NCBI GenBank assembly: GCA_963663965.2
Contig: CAXXFK010000030.1
Location: forward strand, 263,771 to 327,770
Length of the DNA: 64,000 nucleotides
Source of the DNA: Sedimentisphaerales bacterium
Lineage (GTDB): Bacteria; Planctomycetota; Phycisphaerae; Sedimentisphaerales; SM23-30
Reading direction: 5' to 3'
In this document: positions 43,540 through 53,584 of the stretch, one piece after another
How the letters are laid out: each line of letters starts with the position of its first letter
How positions within the stretch are numbered: the stretch's first letter is position 1
The notes under the pieces: generated by a model
The model's database searches: none
Told to the model about the DNA's origin: nothing
What the model saw: the letters and a program-made list of their open reading frames with translations, nothing else
Made by a program: the position numbers and the translations under genes

Positions 43540-44850
43540 CTACTGCTTCAACTGTACCGTCGCGGTCCCTTCCGATCCTTTCAACTCAATTGTCGATTCA
43601 TCCTGCCCGGCGCTAACCCGGTACCGGCCATAGAACGCCCGGATTTCACAGCGGCCATTGGCATCCGCCTTGCCCTGCCACTTCGTCCACCACTGGTTAT
43701 AGATCAGATCGTGATAGGCCTGTAGCGCCGGGGTCTCGCTCCAGTCCCGCCGATAAAGGCTGGAAGCCGGAATCCAGTTCGCCCCTTCCCAGAACCCCCA
43801 CATCAACATCCCTTTTACGGCCGGATGGGCAAAACAGATGCGATAATAATCGACGATCAGACCCGCCTTTGAAATTTCTTCTTCCGGAGTCAGCGGTGCT
43901 TTCCCACGGCCGACATAATTCGAACGCTGGCCCGGCATATTAAACTCCGTCACCCGGATCGGCAGCCCGAAAACCGCCAGTTGATCCAGCGATTGCTGCA
44001 AAACCTCAGGATCGAAGGTCATGCCATGCAAATGCCCCTGCACACCGATCCCGCCAATCGGCACACCCTGATCCAGCAGTGTCCGGATCTGTTTGATATA
44101 ATCATCCAGCCGCCGGCCGGTCAGGATATCGTAATCGTTCAGAAACAGCACCGCCTCTGGATCTCCCTGCCGCACCCAGTCTGCCATCTGCCGGGTAATA
44201 TCCTTTCCCAGCCGCTGTTCGTAATAATTGGCATGAATCATCTCGTTGTTCAGGTCATATTCGACAAACCGGCCGCGATAACGCCGCCCGATATCCAGCC
44301 CGCGCGCCTTGAGCACCGCATGCAGATCTTCATCACTCAGCTCCTTGACCCAGCCCTGTACAAAATTGGGCACACCCCAGTAAATATTATGCCCGCGCAA
44401 TGGGATCTGGTTCTGGTCGCACCATTGCAGCATGGTATCCACCACCTCATAATTCACCTGCCCGCGCCGGGATTCCATCGAAGGCCATTTTAAGGCATTC
44501 TCTGTCACCGCGGCATTAAAGTTCGCCAGAAACGCCTCCTTATATCGGGCCGTATCGGGCCGCTTGTCTGCGTCCCGGCCAAAAAACGAGCTGGACAGCG
44601 CCGCACCAAACCAGAACTCATGCCGCAGCTGTTCCACGCGCACCTGGGCCCCCGGCTCGGTCTGAATAATCAACGTACCGCACCGCCGCTCCCGGATCGC
44701 CCCATCCAACTCCGCACGCCGCTCATTTCCCAATAGCGTCGGCAGCGTCGAAACATCCAATTTCTCTTCCCCGGCCACCGCCACCCGATCCAATACCCAG
44801 CTGCACGCCAATACTAAAACAAAAACGTATTTCATCATAGTCATGGCCAT
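43540..44850 (-). CDS. Glycoside hydrolase family 10
   Basis: TENALKW, LRGHNIYW, YDLNNEM, LFLNDY, GIGVQGH, VTEFN, WGFW. Confidence 0.92.
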   Translation of the reverse strand: MAMTMMKYVFVLVLACSWVLDRVAVAGEEKLDVSTLPTLLGNERRAELDGAIRERRCGTLIIQTEPGAQVRVEQLRHEFWFGAALSSSFFGRDADKRPDTARYKEAFLANFNAAVTENALKWPSMESRRGQVNYEVVDTMLQWCDQNQIPLRGHNIYWGVPNFVQGWVKELSDEDLHAVLKARGLDIGRRYRGRFVEYDLNNEMIHANYYEQRLGKDITRQMADWVRQGDPEAVLFLNDYDILTGRRLDDYIKQIRTLLDQGVPIGGIGVQGHLHGMTFDPEVLQQSLDQLAVFGLPIRVTEFNMPGQRSNYVGRGKAPLTPEEEISKAGLIVDYYRICFAHPAVKGMLMWGFWEGANWIPASSLYRRDWSETPALQAYHDLIYNQWWTKWQGKADANGRCEIRAFYGRYRVSAGQDESTIELKGSEGTATVQLKQ

Positions 44851-45001
44851 TAACTCCTTGTATAATATTGTCTTATCGCAAAAGTCGTTTATATCTGTTG
44901 ATTTTTAATGATTCCGTAACAAACTTATATCCCGCATACTGATAGATAAATCCCTGATTACATAATATCAGCTAATCTTTTTGCTTTGCTTAGCAAAAGC
45001 A

Positions 45002-45051
45002 AAACAAATCAGGGTTGGCAGGTGTATAACGTTACTAACCCTGATTTGTTT
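45002..45051. promoter_or_regulatory. 15-bp perfect inverted repeat in a divergent intergenic region
   Basis: AAACAAATCAGGGTT-N20-AACCCTGATTTGTTT between the divergent GH genes. Confidence 0.45.
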
Positions 45052-45180
45052 CAATCACCAGCGGTATTATTCCCGTTCCTCTCCATCTGAACAATGTTAT
45101 TTTACCCTTGCAATGAAATAATAAAAATAGTCGTATAATATCCAGGAAACAATCTTGTACCTTTCATAACCGAGGTAATT

Positions 45181-47202
45181 ATGAATCTGAAAACAGGTTT
45201 ACTGCTCTTGACCGTTATGTCACTATTGGTTTTCAGTTGCTATACTCAGGCGCAACAGGTCTATTCAATCGATAAGCATAACATGGTTTCTCCTCGAAGC
45301 ATTCCCCAACCGCATCCCGACCATCCGGGCAATGTCTATCTTGCCGGCGAGTCGGTTAAGATCGTATTCCCCAGGGATTTGCCCGATTCCGCCGCGGCAT
45401 GGCAATTAAGCGACGATCGCCGCCAGGTTCTGCGACAGGGAGACCTTACCGGCGATGAGCAAGCCTTGTCGGTTGGCACATTACCGGTGGGCTGGTACCG
45501 GGTCGATTTTCTGGATAAGGACGCCAAGGCGCTGACCCACAGTACGGCGGCGGTATTAGCCCGGTTGAAAGCGGCGACTCCGCCGGATTCTCCGATTTGT
45601 GTCGATTCGGCAACCGCCTGGTTTGCCCGCGACGATCGGTTAAATCAGGAATACCTGGCTTCACTTGCCGCGCTGGCAGGGGTAAACTGGGTGCGCGACC
45701 GGCTCAGTTGGAATGAAATCCAACCTGACCCCGGCAGTTTCACTGCGGCCCGGACGACTTACGATACTGCCGCGGAAATCCAGAGCCGCTGGGGGCTGAA
45801 GGTTTTGCAGACTTTTCACCGCACTCCCGATTGGGCCACCGACAAACAACTCGATCCTGAAGGCGCCGGCGGCCGGTTCCCTCGAGACCTGAGACACATA
45901 TATAATTTTTGTCGGGGTCTGGCAGGCCGTTTCCGCGGCCAGGTCGGGGCCTGGGAACCCTGGAACGAATCCAATGTCGCCTCGTTTGGCGGTCATACCA
46001 TCGACGAGATGTGTTCGTTTCAAAAAGCGGCTTATCTCGGTTTTAAGGCCGGAGATCCCGATCTGGTGGTTGGATGGAATGCCTATGCTTCCAGTCCGAC
46101 CCAGACCCACACCGATGGCCTGGCCTGTAACCAGACCTTGCCTTACTACGACACCTATAATATCCACACCTACGACTGGTCCCATTCCTACGACAAACTA
46201 TGGCCGCCGGCCCGCCAGGCCACCGGGGGTAAACCGTTATGGGTCACCGAAAGCGATCGGGGCATACACTATGTCGGCGAGGAGCCCTGGTGCGAACTTT
46301 CTCCCGAAAGCGAGATCCAGAAGGCTGAATTTATCGCCCAGGAATATGCCCAGGCCCTGTTTGCCGGCAGCAGTCGTCATTTTCATTTTATTCTTGGACA
46401 TTATCGCGAATCGCATAACCACGTCCAATTCGGTCTGTTGCGCATGGATAATACGCCCCGGCCGGCCTATGTGGCCCTGGCGGCGCTGGGCCGGTTGCTG
46501 GCCGGCGCTCAATGCATGGGACAGTTGGCCGTAGAGGATCCTGCTCATGTCTATGTCTTCCGCGCCAAACCCGACGGCAAGGAAGCCGATGTGATGGTTG
46601 CCTGGGCGGAAAAACAGGTCGATTGGGATCGACGCAGTCAAACCGCCGTTGCCTGGCCGTTGCCCGATTCGGTTACTGTGCGACAGGTTTACGATTACCT
46701 GGGTCGAGATCTCAACGGCAAGGTACCGGAATCGTTAAATGGCCAACCTCTTTTCCTGATCCTGGCAAAAGGGGACGCGGAAAAACTCAACCTGGAAAAA
46801 CCCCCAACGGTTCCGGCGGTAAAAAGCGACCCCCCTTCAGCTATCGTCATGCAGGCGCAGCTGCCGCAAAAATATATCAAGGCTTATGCCGAAAAAGAAT
46901 GGTCCCAGGGATATCTTTACCAGATGCCGGCCGACCGGGAACACGAGTTAACCCTCTGGGTTTATAATTTCAACGACGATCCGGTTACCGGGACAATCAC
47001 AACGAAAGAGCTGCCGGCCGGCTGGCAGGTGACGCCCGGTCAGTGGCGCGTCGAAGTCGCCGGCAACGGGCGAAAAAAAATCGTCGCCAGGTTATCGATG
47101 GGCAAAGACGATAAAACCACGCCCGGCGACTGGTTGAAATTCCACGGCAAATTTTCATCCGGCGAAAAATCAGCGCTGGCCTTGCTGATCCAGGCTCAAT
47201 AA
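45181..47202 (+). CDS. Secreted clan GH-A (GH39-like) glycoside hydrolase
   Basis: GVNWVRDRLSW, WEPWNES, NIHTY, LWVTES, FGLLR..TPRPAY. Confidence 0.7.
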   Translation: MNLKTGLLLLTVMSLLVFSCYTQAQQVYSIDKHNMVSPRSIPQPHPDHPGNVYLAGESVKIVFPRDLPDSAAAWQLSDDRRQVLRQGDLTGDEQALSVGTLPVGWYRVDFLDKDAKALTHSTAAVLARLKAATPPDSPICVDSATAWFARDDRLNQEYLASLAALAGVNWVRDRLSWNEIQPDPGSFTAARTTYDTAAEIQSRWGLKVLQTFHRTPDWATDKQLDPEGAGGRFPRDLRHIYNFCRGLAGRFRGQVGAWEPWNESNVASFGGHTIDEMCSFQKAAYLGFKAGDPDLVVGWNAYASSPTQTHTDGLACNQTLPYYDTYNIHTYDWSHSYDKLWPPARQATGGKPLWVTESDRGIHYVGEEPWCELSPESEIQKAEFIAQEYAQALFAGSSRHFHFILGHYRESHNHVQFGLLRMDNTPRPAYVALAALGRLLAGAQCMGQLAVEDPAHVYVFRAKPDGKEADVMVAWAEKQVDWDRRSQTAVAWPLPDSVTVRQVYDYLGRDLNGKVPESLNGQPLFLILAKGDAEKLNLEKPPTVPAVKSDPPSAIVMQAQLPQKYIKAYAEKEWSQGYLYQMPADREHELTLWVYNFNDDPVTGTITTKELPAGWQVTPGQWRVEVAGNGRKKIVARLSMGKDDKTTPGDWLKFHGKFSSGEKSALALLIQAQ

Positions 47203-47317
47203 AAACCCTTATTCTAATCCATCCGCCTGTTCACATTGAGAATTCCTTGAATAGTACCATCGTGCTTTATTTCAGGAATGATATCTACCAGCCGTATTAT
47301 CTACTTGCCGCCAGATT

Positions 47318-47406
47318 ACTCTAATCCAGCCCCCGGCAACGCCTGTTTTTCTCGGTGTCCTTCGGTGTTCTCTGTAGTAATTATCTTCTTATCTAACCAC
47401 CGGTTC
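47318..47406 (+). repeat. Dispersed non-coding repeat, copy 1
   Basis: CTAATCCAGCCCCCGGCAACGCCTGTTTTTCTCGGTGTCCT...ATCTAACCACCGGTT shared with 49107-49215 and 56327-56443. Confidence 0.85.
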
Positions 47407-47519
47407 GTTTTATAAAACTATAAGATATTTATTGATTACGCAGACCTTCCATCCTTCCTATCTTTCCAAGTAATTTTGATTTTTCAAAGAATTATGCCTG
47501 TATTCCCTATTCACCACAC

Positions 47520-47548
47520 TTGCAAAAATATAACATATGAATTATAAT
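47520..47548 (+). promoter_or_regulatory. Candidate sigma70 promoter
   Basis: TTGCAA-N17-TATAAT, 70 bp upstream of the 47619 ATG. Confidence 0.55.
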
Positions 47549-47618
47549 GGGCGATGTTATAATGGAAATCGTAACGAACTGATCCTCACTTTTCCGTTTC
47601 TCACATGAGGTTAACAAG

Positions 47619-48692
47619 ATGAAAAAAGGACTGTTTTCCCGGTCATGGCCCTATTGGGTCATTTTATTTTCTGTCCTGCTATCAAGTCTTTCCTGGTCCC
47701 AGTGTCCCCAGGGCGATCTGAACGGAGACTGCCGGGTTGATCTGGATGATTTTTCCCTGCTTTCATCACAGTGGCTGCTCAGTTACGATCAAAATGATTT
47801 TGTGCTGTTATGCTCACAATGGCAGTCCCCCCCTCAAGATCCCGATGGTCTCGAATTCGTCACCATCCCCGCCGGCTCCTTCCAGATGGGCGATCCCTTC
47901 AATGAAGGTGGCACCGATGAACGCCCGGTCCACACCGTCACGCTCAGTTCCTTCCAGATGAGCAAGCACGAGATCACCAACGCGCAGTTTGCCCAGTTCC
48001 TTAACGCCGCCAGGGCACAGAACAAGCTTAAGGTGGTTAACGGCGTCATTTACGCCATCACCGACAGTTCCAACAGTCAGCCATGGTGCGATACCTCCAC
48101 CTCCAGCAGTTACAGTCAGACCGTCATCAGCGGCGGCGGTTATAGCGTCAAAACCCGCGACGGCCGCTCCCAGGTGAACGATCCGGTGGTCTGTGTCAGT
48201 TGGTATGGCGCCAAGGCCTTCTGCGATTTCTACGGCTATAAACTCCCTACCGAGGCCCAGTGGGAATACGCCGCCCGCGGCGGGCTTTCCGGCCAGCGAT
48301 TCCCGTGGGGCACTAACATTAACCATTCCTATGCTAATTATCGTGCCAATGGGAGTGCCTATACCTACGACACCAGTCCCTATACCACCTATACCTATCA
48401 CCCCACTTACAACACCGGAACTTATCCCTATACATCACCGGTGGGCAGTTTCGCCGCCAATGGCTATGGCCTCTATGACATGTCCGGCAATGTCTGGGAA
48501 TGGTGTTCCGACTGGTACGGCGCATATTCATCCGCGAGTCAGAGCAATCCATCTGGGCCTACCACTGGCAGCAACCGCGTGCTCAGCGGCGGCAGTTGGA
48601 CCAGCGTTGCCGGCATCTGCCGCGTTGCCGGCCGCGAATGGTACATCCCCGGCAACCGCAACTACTGCGTCGGGTTTCGGGTGTGCCGGTAG
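47619..48692 (+). CDS. Secreted dockerin-like + FGE-sulfatase/SUMF1 (CLec-fold) protein, paralog 1; putative DGR target
   Basis: GDLNGDCRVDLDDF..QWL; FQMG..ERPVHTV, EITNAQF, LPTEAQWEYAARGG, NGYGLYDMSGNVWEW, GFR. Confidence 0.9.
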   Translation: MKKGLFSRSWPYWVILFSVLLSSLSWSQCPQGDLNGDCRVDLDDFSLLSSQWLLSYDQNDFVLLCSQWQSPPQDPDGLEFVTIPAGSFQMGDPFNEGGTDERPVHTVTLSSFQMSKHEITNAQFAQFLNAARAQNKLKVVNGVIYAITDSSNSQPWCDTSTSSSYSQTVISGGGYSVKTRDGRSQVNDPVVCVSWYGAKAFCDFYGYKLPTEAQWEYAARGGLSGQRFPWGTNINHSYANYRANGSAYTYDTSPYTTYTYHPTYNTGTYPYTSPVGSFAANGYGLYDMSGNVWEWCSDWYGAYSSASQSNPSGPTTGSNRVLSGGSWTSVAGICRVAGREWYIPGNRNYCVGFRVCR

Positions 48693-48749
48693 TTTTTCCC
48701 CCTGGACTTGATTACCCTTTGCTCTTTTGCACTTTTATCCTTTTGGGTT

Positions 48750-48768
48750 GCAGGGGCGTAGCCCCTGC
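48750..48768 (+). other. GC-rich 8-bp hairpin with GTA loop (DGR-type cis hairpin candidate)
   Basis: GCAGGGGC-GTA-GCCCCTGC 57 bp after the stop, preceded by a pyrimidine tract and not followed by a U-tract. Confidence 0.6.
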
Positions 48769-49106
48769 CGGATAGAAAAATGAAAACCAGTGAATTGAAA
48801 ACAAAAAAATTACTATGAATGACTTGAAGATCATGAAGAAAAGAAATAAACTGCCACAGGCTGATTACCCTTCAAGCACTTCATACTACTATGCATTTCA
48901 GGTCAACTTGGGTATCATTTGTAAATATACAAAATTGAAAGTAAACTTTCGTACTTTTATAACCATCTAAATCAGCTTTAGCCAGGTTTTTCATTAAGAA
49001 TTCGAATTTTTTGTCATGAACGGCAGTATTTCCGAACATGTCATTTATTCGTTCGCGCCAAAGTTCCCGACGCGGGCTGGTCAACACATTGGCTAAGCCG
49101 GGCGTT

Positions 49107-49215
49107 GTTTTCCCGGTTCAAGCCACTCGCTCTCAAACGCTAATCCAGCCACGGGCAACGCCTTTTTTTCTCGGTGTCCTCTGCGGTCATTGTCTTCTGA
49201 TCTAACCACCGGTTC
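49107..49215 (+). repeat. Dispersed non-coding repeat, copy 2
   Basis: GTTTTCCCGGTTCAAGCCACTCGCTCTCAAAC..TAATCCAGCC..CTCGGTGTCCTC..ATCTAACCACCGGTTC. Confidence 0.85.
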
Positions 49216-49652
49216 AAATCCATCGATATCGGATAGTTATGCAATTCACGATTGATAATGCCCGCTTGGCCGTAAAAATAATCTTTTAAAAGTTTTTTGT
49301 CCATTGATCTTTAAAAAAAAAACAAATTAGTAATTCCCCGCTTTCCATCAATCCCACCCGACCAACGGTTAGTATTATCAAACTTTAAGAAACATATTGA
49401 TCGCCCAGACTGTCTATCCTTCCTATCTTTCCAATTTTTTCTTTTCTCCCCCAAAATATACCTTTATATCGTAATTACCCTGCTTGAATGTCGTGTTCGT
49501 AAAGAATATGATTACAATAGTTGCATTTAAATATTTGGGTGGTTTGCTGGCAATAAGTTTTGCTTTCGGTTCTAATAGATTAATTTGATTAAGAATACAA
49601 CCATTTTCCAGTATTCGGATAAATCAGTTGCTTACGTAGTAAGGAGCAGGTC

Positions 49653-51795
49653 ATGAAGCAGATGTCGACTATTTTGCTGTTGGGATTATTTTGTTTTTCC
49701 AGTGCTATCGGGGAATGGTGTCCTCGAGCAGACCTGACCGGTAATTGCAAAGTGGATATGGAGGATTATGACATCATTGCCGCCGGTTGGCTCGACCTCT
49801 ACGACACAGAAGCCCTGGCCAGACTGGCCGAACAATGGCTGGAAGAAGGGGAACCGGCATTTATAACTGCCTGGGACACCAGCCTGGCAGACGGTACGAC
49901 CGTGACCCTGGCGCTGGCCGGTGAAGTCAACGCGACCATCGACTGGGGTGACGGTACAGTAGAAGATGTCACTACTCCAGGTCCGCATGTACACGATTAT
50001 GGTATTGATGGGATTTATCCGGTTGCGGTTACTGGACAAGTGACGGCATACGACAGCGGTTATAATGGCAGTGGAGATCCTTATATCGACGAAGCAAAAC
50101 TGATCCGCGTCGATTGTTGGGGAGATTTGGGTTTTACCAGTATGAGAGATGCGTTTTATAATTGCTCCAATCTCGTTTCAGTCCCAATTACATCAGTAGG
50201 AATTGAAGCTGTTACTGATATGAGTGAGATGTTCTATGAGGCGTCCAATTTTAATGGAGATATTAGCAACTGGGACACCTCCAGCGTGAGGAACATGAGT
50301 GGGATGTTCGACCGTGCGTCCTCCTTCAATCAAAACATTGACGACTGGGACACTTCCAAGTGTCACTAACATGACTGAGATGTTCTATGATGCGTCCTCC
50401 TTCAACCAGGGCATTGGTGACTGGGATACCTCCAGCGTGAGGAACATGAGCAGGATGTTTGGTCGTGCGTCTTCCTTCAACCAGGACATTGGTGACTGGG
50501 ACACCTCCAGCGTGACTAACATGAGTGGGATGTTCTTTTTGGCGTCCGCCTTCAACCAGGACATTGGTGACTGGGACACCTCCGGTGTAACTAAAATGAG
50601 TGAGATGTTCTATGATGCGTCCTCCTTCAACCAGATCATTGGTGACTGGGATACCTCCAACGTGAGTAACATGAGCATGATGTTCTATGGTGCGTCCTCA
50701 TTCAACCAGTCCATCAGTAACTGGGACACCTCCAGTGTAACTAACATGAGCTGGATGTTCTATGAGGCGTCCAATTTCAATGGGGATATTAGCGGATGGG
50801 ATACTTCCAGAGTGAGTAATATGACCGGGATGTTCTATCGTGCGTCCTCCTTCAACCAGGACATCGGTGACTGGGACACCTCCCGCGTGACTAACATGAG
50901 TGCAATGTTCTCTTTTGCGTCTTCCTTCAACCAGCCTATTGGTGACTGGAACACCTCTGGCGTGACTGATATGAGCTGGATGTTCAGTCGTGCGTCCTCC
51001 TTCGACCAACCCATCGGTAGCTGGGACACTTCCAACGTAACTAACATGAGTGAGATGTTCTATGAGGCATCCAATTTCAATGGGGATATTAACGGCTGGA
51101 ATACTGCCAGTGTGACTAACATGAGAAGAATGTTCGGAGGGGCGTCCTCCTTCAACCAGAACATTGGCGACTGGGACACCTCCAGTGTGACTAACATGAA
51201 CTTGATGTTCAATGATGCGTTCTCGTTCAACCAGGACATCGGTGACTGGAACACCTCCAGTGTGACTAACATGAGCTGGATGTTCTTTAAGGCGTCCAAT
51301 TTCAATGGGGATATTTGCGACTGGGATACTTCTAATGTTACTGACATGGGTTCAATGTTCGGATGTGCGTCCTCCTTCAACCAGAACATTGGTGACTGGG
51401 ATACCTCCAGTGTGACTGATATGGGCTATATGTTTGATCGTGCGTCCTCCTTCAACCAGGACATCGGTGACTGGGACACCTCCAGAGTAACTAACATGAG
51501 CTGGATGTTCAATAAGGCGTCCAATTTCAATGGGGATATTAGCGGCTGGACTACTTCCAGTGTGACTAATATGACCGGGATGTTCTATGGTGCGTCCTCC
51601 TTCAACCAGCCCATCGGCAATTGGATTACCTCCAGCGTTACCTACATGGGGAGGATGTTTTACAACGCGTCATCGTTTAACCAGAACCTGTCTGGATGGT
51701 GCGTGGAGCAGATTCCTTCAAAACCTGACTATTTCGATACCGGCGCCGACAATTGGACACTACTACAGCCCATCTGGGGAGCGAGCTGCCCTTAA
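49653..51795 (+). CDS. Dockerin-like + DUF285/BspA-type repeat surface protein, paralog 1; frameshift near 50359
   Basis: [23 protein letters not shown]; 20 repeats of [25 protein letters not shown]; one extra A (TCCAAGTGTC) splits the ORF. Confidence 0.88.
50211..51710 (+). repeat. Coding tandem repeat, 75-bp unit, 20 copies
   Basis: 25-aa unit counted 20 times across the two ORF pieces. Confidence 0.9.
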
Positions 51796-52197
51796 CCTAT
51801 CCCGGATAAATTCCTATGAAGACTAATCCTTAAACCCCGGTAGCAGTTGGAACACCACCAATGTATAATGTTCGTTTTCGAACGGGATTTACGCCATCCT
51901 GTTCAACATAGACTTCAGTCAAGAATTCTAGGAGGGGGTATCGATTTGGATTTTCATTACTTAAGTCTTTCCGCGCCTTTGCGTTCAATGACTGTTAGAA
52001 CAGATGAGTCATCTCCATAAATAAACAACTCAATCTCTCATTTTTTTATCAAATTAATAAATTTTTCAAATATTGCCCCCATCCCTCAGTTTTTTACTGG
52101 TTATTACTTCATCATCAAGACTAGAATATAAAAGCAGTGTGCAACAGTTATAAGCTTGAACTTTCCCATCTAACCGATGTTGTGGAAGGTGGCGTGT

Positions 52198-53271
52198 ATG
52201 TGCAGAAACAAGGTTAGCCTGCCTGGTTTTTTTGCGGTCGTCTTATGTATCAGTCTATTGGCTGCTTCAGCCGTTTCCCAGTGTCCCCCAGGTGATCTTA
52301 ATAACGATTGCCGGATCGATCTGAATGATTTCTCGATCCTTTCATCACAATGGCTGCTCAGTTACGATCAAAATGATTTTGTGCTGTTATGCTCTCACTG
52401 GCAGTCAGAGTCTCAGGGCCCGGCCGGTATCGAATTTGTCACCATTCCCACCGGCTCGTTTCAGATGGGCGATAGTATTGGCGACGGCTACAATGATGAA
52501 AGACCGGTTCATACCGTTACGCTGGACACCTTCCAGATGAGTAAACATGAGATTACCAACGCTCAGTATGTCCAGTTCCTCAACGCCGCCCAGACCCAGG
52601 GCAAACTCAAGGATGTTAATGGTATAATCTACCCCAGTACCGACACTTCCAACAGCGAGTCCTGGTGCGATACCTCCACCAGCAGCAGTTACAGTCAGAT
52701 CGTCAGCAGTGGCGGCAGCTACAGCGTTAGATTACGTGATGGCCAGCCCCAGGACAACCACCCGGTTGTCCAAGTCAGTTGGTACGGGGCTAAGGCCTTC
52801 TGCGATTTCTATGGCTACGAATTACCCACCGAGGCCCAGTGGGAATACGCCGCTCGTGGCGGCCTGTCCGGCCAGCGTTTTCCGTGGGGCGCTGACATTA
52901 ACCATTCCTGCGCCAATTATCGTGCCAATGGCAGTGCGTATTCATACGACACCAGTCCCTATACCGAATACACATATCACCCCACCTGGAATACCGGCAC
53001 TTTTCCCTATACTGCCCCGGTAGGCAGTTTTTCCGCCAACGGCTACGGTTTATACGATATGGCTGGTAATGTCTATGAATGGTGCGCCGACTGGTATGGT
53101 TCCTATACCTCATCGGATCAGAGTAATCCAACTGGGCCCATCACAGGCAGCAACCGCGTGATCCGCAGCAGCTGTTGGAGCAACGTTGCCTACAGCTGTC
53201 GTGTTGCCTACCGCCAAAAGGGCGGCCCCGTCATTTGCACCCGCTTCCTCGGGTTTCGGGTGTGTAGGTAG
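52198..53271 (+). CDS. Secreted dockerin-like + FGE-sulfatase/SUMF1 (CLec-fold) protein, paralog 2; putative DGR target
   Basis: Colinear with and highly similar to 47619-48692; divergence is concentrated in the last ~40 codons. Confidence 0.9.
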   Translation: MCRNKVSLPGFFAVVLCISLLAASAVSQCPPGDLNNDCRIDLNDFSILSSQWLLSYDQNDFVLLCSHWQSESQGPAGIEFVTIPTGSFQMGDSIGDGYNDERPVHTVTLDTFQMSKHEITNAQYVQFLNAAQTQGKLKDVNGIIYPSTDTSNSESWCDTSTSSSYSQIVSSGGSYSVRLRDGQPQDNHPVVQVSWYGAKAFCDFYGYELPTEAQWEYAARGGLSGQRFPWGADINHSCANYRANGSAYSYDTSPYTEYTYHPTWNTGTFPYTAPVGSFSANGYGLYDMAGNVYEWCADWYGSYTSSDQSNPTGPITGSNRVIRSSCWSNVAYSCRVAYRQKGGPVICTRFLGFRVCR

Positions 53272-53584
53272 TCGCCTCTCCTAAACTTTGAATATTCTTT
53301 GCTCCTCTGCACCTCTGCGTGAACAGGCTGTTCTGTCTTAAACTACTTGCGTGCCTGCTTCCCCCCAGCGCCCCCTTCATCTCCTCCTTTCGGCATCCCG
53401 CTGTTCCTACCATCATAATCCGTCCCGGTTATTCTGATGAAAAGCCTCTATCAAGTAGTAATCCTTCAATCCAGCCACAGGCCTTCGTGCAGCGCCTTAG
53501 GCGCCCTTCGTGTAGCCGCAGGCGGCTTCGTGGTTTAAAAAGGCTGTTATATTCTTGATCGTAGCAACTAGTGCTCTGTAAAGA

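Noticed and set aside
48815..49087. avd remnant (MNDLKIMKK...) after the hairpin, and the 68-aa minus-strand ORF
   Set aside because: The resemblance covers only a few residues and the ORFs are short; unsupported without a search.
49200..49245. Integron attC site (ATCTAAC...GTTATGC)
   Set aside because: Too short, poor internal complementarity, not reproduced in the other copies, and no integrase in the window.
50211..51710. CRISPR array
   Set aside because: The 75-bp units are in-frame degenerate coding repeats with no unique spacers and no cas genes.
47619..53271. FGE-domain genes as sulfatase-maturing enzymes
   Set aside because: The catalytic Cys pair motif of true FGE is absent, the corresponding region is hypervariable, and the proteins are secreted with a dockerin-like module.
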